Shown here: positions 12,834 to 24,799 of the stretch, in pieces
Layout: every line of letters starts with the position of its first letter
Numbering within the stretch: the stretch's first letter is position 1
Source of the DNA: Octopus vulgaris
Taxonomy: Eukaryota
Direction: 5' to 3'
Length of the DNA: 64,000 nucleotides
Assembly (NCBI GenBank): GCA_951406725.2
Contig: OX597815.1
Span: forward strand, 59,210,001 to 59,274,000
Notes under the pieces: generated by a model
Database searches by the model: none
Seen by the model: only the letters and a program-made list of their open reading frames with translations
What the model was told of the DNA's origin: nothing
Position numbers and translations under genes: made by a program

Positions 12834-13853
12834 ATCATCATCATCGTTTAACGTCCGTTTTCCGCGCTAGCACGGGTTGGACGGTTTCGACCGGGGTCTG
12901 GGGAGCCAGGGGCTGCCCCAGGCTCCAGTCTGGTCTGGCAGTGTTTCTACAGCTGGATGCCCTTCCTAACGCCAACCACTCCACGAGTGTAGTGGGTGCT
13001 TTTTACGTGCCACCTGCACAGGTGCCAGAGGGGTCTGGCATCGGCCACGGTCAGTTGGTGCTTTTTATGTGCCACCTGCACAGAAGCCAGTGGGGCGGTG
13101 CTGGCATCGGCCACGTTCGGATGGTGCTTTTTATGTGGGGGGGGGGTCAGAAATATAGGGGAGCACCAGTGGAAGGGGGTGTTCGGAGAAACGATGACAG
13201 GTTCTAGACAAGTATTACGTAGGATATCACGAGAGGGGTAATGCATGGTGAAATAGCGTATTGAAGAGGGGTGTTCGAAGAGTAGACACCTATAATGGTG
13301 GTGGGAGAAGCGACATCCGGTATAGATGGAGCAAAAATATAGAGATATCCGGTATTGGTGGTGGGGGTGGGCAAGGGCGGGTTCACCGCGAATACGCAAA
13401 GGTTGATAGACGAGAGAGCGAGGACTTAGACGGGCAAAATAAATAAAGGGACGGTGGAGAAATGGAAGTAGATAAAATAGATAGATAGATAAAAACATGT
13501 TTTGAGTGTAGTATGATTGGTCGAGAAGTGAAAATAAGTTTTCAACTTATCTGTACTCAGGATATAGCTGCTAGGTGAATGAGATAGAGCACGTGTGGGG
13601 TTGCCTTTTAAGTAAAGTTGACCGGAAGGGGAATTTTTAGACAAGGCGGAAGTGTACTAAAGAAACAAACTTCAAGATGGCGAAGGTTGATAGACGAGAG
13701 AGCAAGGATTTGGACGGGCAAAATTAATAAAGGAATACGCAAAGGTTGATAGACAAGAGAGCGAGGACTTAGACGGGCAAAATAAATAAAGGGACGGTGG
13801 AGAAATGGAAGTAGATAAAATAGATAGATAAATAAAAACATGTTTTGAGTGTA
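12834..13853 (-). mobile_element. Composite element: RTE-type 3' UTR joined to unique region with 121-bp direct repeats
   Basis: Same junction as 1-335; direct repeats 13390-13510 and 13733-13853, partial third copy 13683-13732. Confidence 0.7.
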
Positions 13854-13859
13854 TATATA

Positions 13860-14843
13860 TCTTTACGTATAAAAAACTGAGAATGTGTGTCTGTGTGTTT
13901 CCCTAAAACTTGAGAACTACACAACCAATTTCATTTAAATTTTACACATGGGGTCCATGTAGTTTCATGGGCAAAAAAAATGTTCAACTTCTTGCCTAGA
14001 GCGAGCCCATAACAATATCATATCTTCTCCACTATTTCAGTATTACATGTTAAAAGTGAAACAAAAACATTTCTCTATTTTATGTCAGATACTTTCACTT
14101 TAACAATAAAAATAATAATAACAATTGAATTATATGTAGTAAGTAATAATTAAAATCAAACTAAAGTATAATATAATCGTAACATAACAAAAGTAAAAAT
14201 AGCAATTGGTATAAAATTGCATCATTGACTTGAACTTGAAGAAGTGGTTTCACATGAATGGGAATAGATTAAAAATAAAATTAGTGTGCAGAAATGGAAT
14301 AGTCTAGATGGATAATAAAAAATTAAATTAAAGAAAAGACTATTGTCTATAAATTATACAATGTGGAGAAAAAAGAAGATTTGAACACATGGAGGAAAGC
14401 ACCTTCGCAAAGTGTCTTGGTGCGACTATGAAAGATATCTAATCAGAGGCGGTAAATTCACCACAATACAAGCAAGGTTTGAGTCAACGGAGCATGCAAG
14501 GGAGTACTCGACTCGAACTCGCAAAGTGGAAATATTTTATTTTTACCATAAAAATTTAAAATCTCCCCCCCCCGGCCCGAAGTAGAAGTAGGCTGGATTG
14601 CAGCCACACTTCTATACAAGAGGGAGGACAAGATACAATTGATCGAAATTACAAGAGACGGGCTAACAATTCCAGTCTGTTATATATTTTGAGTATTGTT
14701 ATCACTAGCAATATCAAGGTATAACTTTGTATTTTATGTGTAGATGTATATATATAGATGTACATGTAATATGTACACATATATATACACATATATACAT
14801 GAACTAGCACTACGACCCGCAAACAACGGGTCTTTAATACTAG
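13860..14843 (+). mobile_element. Non-autonomous Helitron-like element
   Basis: A|TC 5' end; hairpin GACCCG-CAAACAA-CGGGTC then CTAG|T; 5' part homologous to 61095-61323 (-). Confidence 0.65.
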
Positions 14844-14877
14844 TGATATATATATATATATATGATATATATATGTA

Positions 14878-14912
<35 letters not shown>

Positions 14913-14980
14913 ATATTTTTTTTGTTTCAGCACAGAGCTGCGGCCATGCTGATGAACCGCTGCTTTGTGCTACACTGTTA

Positions 14981-17760
14981 TTACGAAGAACCTCCTCTAA
15001 TATGTGGCACTTGGTGAAGAATGGAGTTTGATATAGCTACCCTCATTTGCACCTCTTGCCGTGAGGTAGGTTCATCTGGGACTCTCGACAGGAAGAGGTC
15101 CAGCTTTGATTGAAAACCTGCTACATCTACTTTGTGCAAGTTCCTCAGACTCTTTGGGAGAATATTTAAAAGGTGTAGGCCCTTGAAAGCCAGGCTGTTG
15201 CAGAAGCTGGTCCTGAAGCGTGATGGCATTGCTGGGATCTTTGGTACTATGCAGTGTCGTCCCATTCTAGCATTGGTGTAGCTTACAATGCCAAAATTTG
15301 GCACAATTCTTTCCAGGATCTTCCAGATATAAATTACTGCATACCTCTCCTTTCTTCTCTCCAGGGAGTAGAGTCTTAGCTGTTTCAACCTTTCCCAGTA
15401 GCTGAGCTGTTGCAAAGAGACGATCTTCTTTGTGAATCTTCTCTGGATTGCTTACCCAGTTCCCTCACAGACTTAGGCTCTGGGATTGAAATTCCTTGTG
15501 GACCAGTGTACCCTGTAAGTTTAATATTCAGATTTTGATGCTGGTAGCACAGGGCCTAGAATTTTAGATTTAATGTTTTTTATAACCCGGGCTTCTTTGT
15601 CTGCTTTCTCCCTCACATAGGATTGTTGCGGCCTTTTTTCGATCTCTATCAGTATTAAACTGCATATTATTATCCTCAGCCCATCTGTAGATTGAGTCCA
15701 ACTCCTGCTGCAGGTGTGCAACATTGCTGGGGTTCTGTATTTTCTGTGAGACTTTGGTATTGTCTGCATAGCTTGCCAGAGTGGCTATCCGGGCATTTGA
15801 GGGCATATCTGAGAGGGCCACTATAAAAAGCAGTGGTCCCAAGACAGTGCCCTGTGTAAAACCACTCACTATTTGTGTGTTCATAGAGGTAGCTGCATTA
15901 ACCACTACTGCCTGAATCCTATCTTTCAGGAAGTCATGTAACCACACTCCAAGTTTTCCAGCTATGCCAAAGTCACACAGTTTGTGGCATATCATACCAT
16001 GATCCACCTTGTCAAAAGCTTTTGCAAAATCAAGGTAGATTACGTCCACATTTGATTTGTTGAGTAACTGCCTCAACACCCAGTCATAATGTTGTAAGAG
16101 CTGGGTCAGACAGCTCCTTCCTGGTCGAAAACCATGCTGGGTATCACTCAGCAAGTTATTTTCCTCAAGGAATGCGATTAGTTTCCCTCTGACTATCCGT
16201 TCTATGACTTTGCTGATGTGTGAAATCAGAGAGATAAGCCTATAGTTTTTGGCATCTGCTCTACTTCCCCCTTTATGTATTGGGCATATTATTCCCTCCT
16301 TCAGCTTGCTTGGCAGTTTACCATTTGTAAGAAAGCTCTGAGGAGGATTGCTGGGAAACCATCAGGACCAGCAGTTGAGTTTGTGTCCACTTCATCTATG
16401 GCTAGTAGTACATCTTCTTCGCTAATGTCAATGTATTTTATTGTAACTGCCTTGCTGGTTATAGGTGAGGCGGCCAAGAAGTCTACTGGTTCTTTCACTT
16501 GTTTGTGTTCCAAGACACTTGTTTGTGGTAAAGACACTTTTGCACTGGTCATTCAGCATCTCATTGATCTTAGTTGGACTGTCTGTGAGGGAGCCATCCT
16601 TTTGGAGGAGAGGTCCTATCTTGTAGTGTACTGAGGCTGTTTCTTTCGCATAATGAAAGAAGGCTTTTGGGTTTGATTTAATGTTTTTTATAACCCAGGC
16701 TTCTTTGTCTGCTTTCTCCCTCACATAGGATTGTTGCGGCCTTTTTTCGATCTCTATTAGTGTTGCTCTTAGGCGGGACGTTTTGCTACTTTTGGGATGT
16801 TGGTTGAGTCGGTTTGCAACCTTCGTCTGTCGTCTCATGAGGATCTTCCTGTTTCTTGGAATCTTGCTCCTATTTGTTTTGGCCTTGTGCTCTGAGACAT
16901 ATTTCTGGCATACAGCTTGCACAGAAGACATGAAACATTCTAGTTTTGGCCAGTCCTCTCTGAGGATCTCTTTTTGGACCGATTTTCAATTTGCTTTGTG
17001 GAAGTTCAGATTGGAGAGATTTCGGGTGCTTCCTTTAGGCTATATGTCTCTGGTTACTTTCGGCCCAAACATAGACAGCTCTATTATGTTGTGATCCGAG
17101 ACTAATGTTGGTGTTACTTTCACATCATGAATGATGTCCATATTGTTCATGAAGCAGAGGTCCAGAATGTTATTCGCCTTAGTTGGTTTGAGTACAACTT
17201 GCTCCATTAATAAGGCATTGGTGAGGTTGAGCAGGGACTCCACCTGTACTTGCTTGCAATGATTCATTCCTGAGAGTATGAGACCTTCAGACCATTTGAC
17301 GTTGGGGAAGTTGAAATCATCTATAAGAAATATGGTCACGTAGTGTTCCAGATTCATGAGGATTTCTTTAATTCTTGTGAGGCAATCTTCAAACTTGCCT
17401 ATGTGATTTGGAGCATCCGGTGGGCAATATTTATTATGTTGTCTTATGTATACAATTAAAGTATCACATACCGAATTTGAGTATGTCAGTAAAACCTGGG
17501 GTGTGAGGTCATCTCGGATGTATACAGCAACTCCACCATGGCTCCTTTCCCTTCTGTCTGTTTGCAGTATGGCATAGTTTGGTATGTGTACTTCTGCATA
17601 CTCTATATCAGGGCTGAGGTGAGTTTCCACGAGTGCTATGCATAGGGCTTGATTGCATGCAGTAAGATCTCTCAGGAAAGAAATTTTGTTTCTATTTTGA
17701 TGCAACAGGCCCCAATATTTAGTAAAAGTATTGGGGTGACGGCTGTGTAGGCATTAGGGG
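14981..17760 (-). pseudogene. CR1-group ORF2 (APE-RT), fragmented
   Basis: ORF pieces 17040-17705, 16428-16931, 16301-16552, 15570-16154, 14981-15415. Confidence 0.9.
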
Positions 17761-17990
17761 AGGCCATCCCGTGTCTGTTGACTGTGGTGGTCTTGCATAG
17801 TTGTAGGCAAGGTTCCTTCTTTGTGCTTGGTGTAGCCAGGTTAGTTGCTGGACAGTTCTTTGTGCCATGCACAAAAATGACTCTTTCTCAGCTGTTGCCT
17901 TGCGCAGAACATCTGAGGAGCACACTTCTTTTTTTAATGTTTTCCTGGGAGACATTTCTTGTCTTCCTCCAGTAAAGCTTTTCTCTTTAA

Positions 17991-19058
17991 CCCTTTCGTT
18001 ACTATATTTCTGACCAAAATACACCCCTTATGTGTTTCAATTAATTTCTAACATAATCATAAATTTAGTCTGGTTTCATTAAACAACTATAACTTTTTTA
18101 TTTATCCATATATTAACATGAATTTTGGAAGATAATTTAATGAAATGTTCTCAACCAATTCTATACTATAATTTTTGTCACAAAGTGACTCTAATTGCAG
18201 GTAGATACAGGTAAATTCAACAATATATAAAATTATTAAAATTTTGTTCAAACATCGCTATAGAAAATGGGTTATTAGCTAATATTCAATTGGGTATACA
18301 ACAAAATTTTACGATAGAATTTGTTATTCTGAGTAACTTTCTGATACCCATAATAATATTTATGGCAAAATAGGCCTTAATTTCATTTAAGGTTGTGGGA
18401 AATAACAAACTATCCTTTCTTTCGCTTTGTTTACGTTTAGCGTAACAGTTCGTTTCCGCCGTAATGATTTCAAATGGGCTCATTCAAAAAAGTAAAAAGA
18501 AATAGTCTAAGGCTTTACTCTTCTGGGAAAGTCTGTGGCTTGGTCCAGTTTCTTCAGAAAAATCACCGAAAGAAACAGTTTTTAAATTTTCACTCCATTC
18601 AGGTGCCAATTCATTTTCTTTATCGCTGTCGGATCCACTGTTTTCACTTTCAGAAAATGAAACATCAGATTCGTTATCAAATACCACATGCTTTTTTTTT
18701 TCAGTCATAGAGTTAGATTTATGAAGGTCTTCAGTAGAAAATCCTTCGAATTCTGACCCGCTGCTTGATATAATGAAATTCGTATCCATTTTTTGTCAGA
18801 ATTACAAATTTTGAAAACACAATAGGAACAAATTTCGGAAAAAAATCTCCCATAATTCACAGAATTAAAATTACACTTCGATTGTTGTACAAAACTGTAG
18901 TTGAACTGTTTACGAAGTATAATACGTGTTTTCACGAATGTACTAAAGAGATTTACTCTGATATTCTCATTTAAATATGAATAGGTAAATTCGGGCGGTT
19001 TGGGGCAGCTTGGTCACATTAACCAAAATTTTTTTCAGGCGGTTTGGTAACGAAAGGG
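17991..19058 (-). mobile_element. piggyBac deletion derivative (non-autonomous)
   Basis: TTAA target duplication at 17987-17990 and 19059-19062; TIR CCCTTTCGTTAC/GTAACGAAAGGG. Confidence 0.95.
18286..18789 (-). pseudogene. piggyBac transposase N-terminal remnant
   Basis: Acidic/Ser-rich N-terminus, then ALDYFFLLF*..EIITAETNCYA..TTLNEIKAYFAINIIMG; catalytic DDD core absent. Confidence 0.85.
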
Positions 19059-19764
19059 TTAAAGCCCCTGAAGTTCTGGCAGTGTGTCGGGTGGGCGAAC
19101 CATCAGTTTTTGCCCTCCTCCCCATGCCAACATTTGCCCCACATGTAGAATTTACAGGTTCTTCTGTGCCTTCCAGATTTCTTCTTTCCTGAAGTGTATT
19201 GGGTGGCGTTGGATCCTCCATGGGTTTTTCTGCTGTTTGTGTGGTGGGTTGGGTTTCAGCTTTGGTTCTTTTGCCTTTTTCTTCCTTTCCTTCTTTATTT
19301 TTGTTTTCCGTCCTTCCTTTTTTCTTCTGTTTTTCTAATTTCTCATTTCTTTGTAGGACCACTGGTACAGGGGGGGCTTCCAGTTTCTGCTCCCTTGGCT
19401 CCCCTATCTTTCTCTGCCTGGTCATTTACCGTGGTAGGTGATCCATTCTCTTGAACTTCTGGATTACAGAGACTTCCGGGTTCTTTTTCTTTTTTGTCCT
19501 CTCCATCCTTATTAGCCTTGCCACAATAATTTTCAATTATGTTATCCAAGGTGTTGATGTGCTGTCTTATAAGCATGTAAGACCGGATAAATTCACTTTT
19601 CTTCTGCTCTATCTGGTCAATGGTTCTATCAAAACCATTGTTCTTTAGCACAGCAGTGATGATGTTGTTTGGCGGATCACCACTAGCAATCGTCCATGCT
19701 CGTAGCAGAAGATTTAACTCTTTCTTTTCCCACTTTGGTGCCATTTTCGTTTTTGAAGCCCAGA

Positions 19765-20472
19765 GGGGGAGTAGAGGCTAGAGAGGTAATGAGAGATAGA
19801 GAGAGGTAGAGACGGAGAAACACAGAGAGTGAAATAGGGAGAGAGGTAGAGACGGAGAAACACAGAGAGTGAAATAGGGAGAGAGGTAGATATGAAGGAA
19901 AGAGAGAGGTGTTATGAAAGAAATAGAGAGGGTGATATGGCGAAAGCAAGAGGGTGTGGCGTGTTAAAGAGACAGGAATGTAGAGGAGGGTGAGAGAAAG
20001 AGAGACAACATGAAGGAGAGGAGGGGAATACAAAGAGAGACAAAGTGAAGAAGAGGGGAAGAGAAAGAGGCAGAGTGAAGGAGAGGAGAGGAAGAGAAAG
20101 AGAGACAGAAGGAGGGTGAGGATAGCAAGAGAAAGAGAGACAGACTGAAGGAGAAACAGGAAAGGATGAAGGATGTGAGAGAGAGGGAGAGACGGAGTGA
20201 GAAGAATGTGCAAATGAGAAGTATATGAGAGAGGTTGAGGTGATGAAAGGAGAGGTAGATGTGAGATGGAAAGGAAAGAGAAGTGAGAAAAGAGGAGGTT
20301 ATGAAAGGGTGGGAGAGAGATGAGAGAAAGAGTAAGATATGCAAGAGAGAGGGAAAGAGTAGGCGAAAAGAGAGATAAAGGAAGGGAGCGAGGAGCTGGA
20401 AGTGGAGTAATATATGTAAGGGAGGGGAGAAGAAGAGGGTAGATATGAAGAGAGTGGGGAAACGAAAGAGAT
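19765..20472. repeat. GA-rich polypurine tract, probably the LINE 5' UTR
   Basis: ~700 bp almost all purine on +; 40-bp tandem duplication at 19799-19878; directly upstream of the ORF1 ATG. Confidence 0.8.
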
Positions 20473-20847
20473 ATATAATTCTAAACTAATTACGATTGTA
20501 TTTCTAACTCAGTCGTAACTCAGATGTCAACTTAAATTACAGGAAAATCAACAAATCAAAAGAATTTTTAAATATTAGTTTTATAGAGATAAAATGAAAG
20601 ATAGATTGAAAGCAAAGTGGATGCTGAAACAGAAATTGAAAGAAAATTATTCTCAGAATGTGAAAAAGATGGAGTCGTAACTCGTAACTCAGATGTTACC
20701 TTACATTAAAGGAATATAAACAAATGATAAGGATACTTATTCGCAAAAGGTAAAATCCAAATCGTCTTGCTTGTATGAAGGAGTTTTCTTTCAAAAAAGA
20801 AAAGAGGACAATTCTTTTTCCTTCTTGCATTTGGCAATTAAAGACTT

Positions 20848-20890
20848 GCCACCACGTGCTTTTTCGGCGAAGAATCTCGCATGCGCAACT
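20848..20890. promoter_or_regulatory. Candidate promoter motif cluster
   Basis: E-box CACGTG 20853-20858 and NRF1-like CGCATGCGCA 20878-20887 in a CpG-retaining patch of apparently unique DNA. Confidence 0.3.
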
Positions 20891-21069
20891 AACTTTAATG
20901 TATTATATTTGGCTTCAAGCGAAATATATTACGTTTTTAATTAGTATATTTTAGTAGATCGTTATGAGATAACAAGTTCTACATTTTTGTTAGTTTTAGT
21001 AGATTATTTCATTGATTTATGCAAACCTTTTTGGGTTTTTTTTCACAGTGTGAAAGCAAACACTTCCTT

Positions 21070-21071
<2 letters not shown>

Positions 21072-21140
<69 letters not shown>

Positions 21141-21160
21141 TGTATATATATGTATGTATG

Positions 21161-21201
<41 letters not shown>

Positions 21202-21317
21202 GTATGTATGTATGTATATATATATATATGTATATGTATATATATATATGTATGTATATGTATGTATATATATATGTATGTATATGTATGTATGTATATA
21301 TATGTATGTATGTATGT

Positions 21318-21387
<70 letters not shown>

Positions 21388-21393
21388 GTATGT

Positions 21394-21492
<99 letters not shown>

Positions 21493-21530
21493 TGTATGTA
21501 TATATATATATATGTATGTATATATATATG

Positions 21531-21581
<51 letters not shown>

Positions 21582-21706
21582 GTATATATATGTATATATA
21601 TATATATATGTATGTATATATATATATGTATGTATATATATATATGTATGTATATATATATATATGTATGTATATATATATATGTATGTATATATATATA
21701 TGTATG

Positions 21707-21737
<31 letters not shown>

Positions 21738-21812
21738 ATATATATATGTATATATATATATGTATGTATATATATATATGTATATATATATGTATATATA
21801 TATATATGTATG

Positions 21813-21843
<31 letters not shown>

Positions 21844-21955
21844 GTATGTATATATATATATATGTATGTATATATATATATATGTATGTATATATATATA
21901 TGTATGTATATATATATGTATATATATGTATATATATATATATATATATTATATA
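21072..21955. repeat. (TA)n/(TATG)n compound microsatellite
   Basis: Direct reading. Confidence 0.97.
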
Positions 21956-22553
21956 TTTTGTTTTATATTTTATCTAGTTTCAGGTCACGAGCTGTGGCCA
22001 TGCTGGGGCACTGCCACTCAGTGTTGCTACATGATTTTACTTCACGAATGCTTTTTAGCAATTGCCATTTGGTACATGGGAGAGTTCGATGCAGCTGCTC
22101 TCATCTGCACCTCCTGTCGTGAAGTTGGTTGATCTGGGACACCTGACAGGAAGAGATCCAGTTTTATTTTAAAGACATCTGCATCCACCCCATGCAGGTC
22201 TCTCAGGTCCTTCGGGAGGACATTGAAGAGCTGTGGACCTCTGAAGCCCAGGCTATCACAGTGTCTTGTCCTACACTTTGATGGCAAATTTGGAGTCCTT
22301 GGCACTATGCAGTGGTGCCCAGTTCTGGTATTTGTGTAACTCTCGATGCCAAAGTTTGGGACAAGTCCTTCCAGGATCTTCCAGATGTATATTATGGCAT
22401 ATCTTTCTCGCCTACGCTCTAAGGAATAGAGTCTTAATCTCTTGAGTCTTTCCCAATAGCTTATATGCTGCACCGACGCTATCTTCTTCGTGTAGCTTCA
22501 TTGGATCGCCTCAAGTTCTGTGATTAATTTGACACTGGATGGTGGCCATAGCT
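21956..22553 (-). mobile_element. CR1-group LINE 3' fragment
   Basis: ORF 22042-22473 ([29 protein letters not shown]) and conserved tail. Confidence 0.92.
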
Positions 22554-22604
22554 ATATTTCATCGATAAGAATGTGCATCGTCCATTTAATTGGAAAATTC
22601 TATA

Positions 22605-22692
22605 TGTGGCTGAAGATTGCTCGACATTTTAAAACTGATGTTATACTTGCAGTGTTTAATAAAATGAAGCAGCATGAAACAATTGTAGTACT
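22605..22692 (+). ncRNA. Hammerhead ribozyme-like motif in solo Penelope pLTR fragment
   Basis: CUGAAGA 22610-22616, long stem II, GAAAC AAUU GUA; 22568-22714 homologous to 35256-35402; stem I mutated. Confidence 0.65.
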
Positions 22693-23367
22693 CTACCTTG
22701 GATATCCTTGTTGCATCATATTTGAAATAAAATTAAACACATGCACAAACATATATGTCCAAATGATAACTTATTTTATACAAAATAGGAACTGTTGTGG
22801 GTTTTGCTTGTATGTATGGTGTTCATTAATTTAAGTAATTGGAAAGAACAAGAATGAAAGGTATGAGAGTACAAAATTGCTGGATTGCATCTACGAAAGT
22901 AGACCATTTGTGAAAATAAGAAAAATACATTTTTTCAGGAGCAATTGTAGTTTCAACTGTATTTTATAGGTGTAAAGGATGAGCATTACATGTGGAAGTG
23001 AGAAAAAAAGATCATTGCTTTTAAAATGAATTGCTATTATAAATGCTTTATATTTCCATGCATAGAACATTGAACTAAGAAGTATGCTAGAAGAGAAATC
23101 ACCTGGAAGAATAAACAACAAAACATTTCTGTCAATTTTCAAAAGGTGACACATGTAGTGGTTTGGTTATGTAGTACAACATCGTGACACCCTAATTGTA
23201 GTAAATATAAACATGCATAGACAAACCTCTAGTAAAAGAGGTTTAGGAAGATCACAAAAGTGGTGGTCAAGCAGCGAAAGAATGAAAATAATGGTAAATT
23301 TGAGATTGTCTGATGACCAGAAAAGATAAGGCATGTTATTGTGTTTCTTATTATACACCTAGTGCCT

Positions 23368-23507
23368 TTCTGTGTGGTAAATAGCTTGTTTACCAACCAC
23401 ATGGTTCCGGGTTCATTCCCACTGCGTGGCACGTCTTCTACTGTAGCCTCAGGCCAACAAAAGCTTTGTGAGTGGATTTGGTAGACGGAAACTGAAAGAA
23501 GACCATC

Positions 23508-23544
<37 letters not shown>

Positions 23545-23752
23545 TGTGTTTGTGTGTCTGTGTTTGTCCCCCCAACATCACTTGACAACCAATGCTGGTG
23601 GGTTTACATCCCCGTAACTTAGCGGTTCAGCAAAAGAGACCGGTAGAATAAGTACTAGGCTTACAAAGAATAAGTCTTGGGGTCGATTTGCTCGACTAAA
23701 AGTGGTGCTCCAACATGGCCACAGTCACATGACTGAAACAAGTAAAAGAGTA
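23368..23752 (+). mobile_element. tRNA-derived SINE
   Basis: Same family as 361-755; B box GGTTCATTCCC. Confidence 0.88.
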
Positions 23753-24753
23753 TAGTTGGATGATAGATGAGTTTCCTTGATTTGCCTGTGACTTGATATT
23801 CTGTTGGTTGTAGGAACAGTGGATAGTGGCTTGTTTTAGAATGTGACAAAGAGTTCAAGAGTGAGTTGGTCATGATTCTGGACAAGTAAGGAGAGCAATT
23901 AGATGTCAAAAGATACACTCTCACCATCAACATTGTGTTATGGCAGGAATCTGAGAGCCAAGATTAATTGGGAGTATTTATGTAATTGAGGATGATGACT
24001 TGAGAGAAAGGTGAGTTGAAATATGCATGTGTGCAATAATGGATAAAATGTAATCACAGATTTTTAATTAATTAGAGAGGTGAAAAAGGGTAACCTTCAT
24101 CCACTGTAACTAGAAATTTTTGTTGCTGTTATTTGAGAGATGAAAGGTATGGAGGCTGATTCCTGAATAATGCAGATACCACTTTTATGAAAGAAGTTGA
24201 AACATAGCATGTAACTTGAATAATAGAAATGAGGCAGATAGGATTAAGGTGTGTGATTTGCATGTTATGACAAGCTTTCTAGATTGTAATCCATGGATAT
24301 TTCTTTACAAAGATGAAAAATTGTCAAGTGAATTTATTACAAGATTTTACCTCTTTTATAGTTTAGGGATTCAATACATTGCATTTACAAATATGGCTTG
24401 TAACTCTGCTGTGGCTACCTAAGTGCTTTGGATAATAAAGAATTAAAATTAGCATTCAAATCTCCTTCCAAACACATCCTATTGTTTTCAGAAAGACTCA
24501 CTAGAAAATGTAGTCTTGAATATATTATTCCAGGGAAAATACAGAATGATTATGACTGGAATAGGTCTTCTTTACCTAGTTCTATGTAACCGTAGCATCT
24601 ATGTTCTCTGGATTGCAGTAGCAAATATGAGAAAATGAAACTGTTGCTTAAGCAGTGTATGACAAGCATAACTTTTCTACTCAGTTTTTTGCCATTAGAA
24701 ATAAAATATTCTCTTGCTGAACAGATAATGACATTTTTTTCCCCTTTTCTTAG

Positions 24754-24799
24754 TCCCAAATCAAAAAGGTTGGAACAAAGTATCAACAAGATTGTCTAG
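24754..24799 (+). CDS. Candidate 46-nt host exon, gene unknown
   Basis: Acceptor TTTTTTTCCCCTTTTCTTAG and donor AG|GTAAGT; phase-compatible with the next candidate. Confidence 0.45.

Larger units (their letters stand above)
17770..19744 (-). pseudogene. LINE ORF1 remnant: Myb/SANT-like N-terminus, K/E-rich linker, CCCH zinc finger
   Basis: MAPKWEKKELNLLLRAW..IITAVLKNNGFDRTIDQIEQKK; alternate frame at ~19155-19080 reads CKFYMWGKCWHGEEGKN*WFAHPTHC. Confidence 0.65.
14915..19760 (-). mobile_element. CR1-group LINE, near full length (ORF1 + ORF2), defective, interrupted by piggyBac
   Basis: APE (ALVETHL, HGGVAVY, DFNFP, NILDL, SDHN); RT (QHGFRPGRSC, YLDFAKAFDKV, QGTVLGPLLF, YADN); C-terminal LYSLERR. 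Confidence 0.92.

Noticed and set aside
23066-23293. Additional exon candidates (23066-23145, 23233-23293)
   Set aside because: Splice signals are weak and open frames this short are expected by chance.
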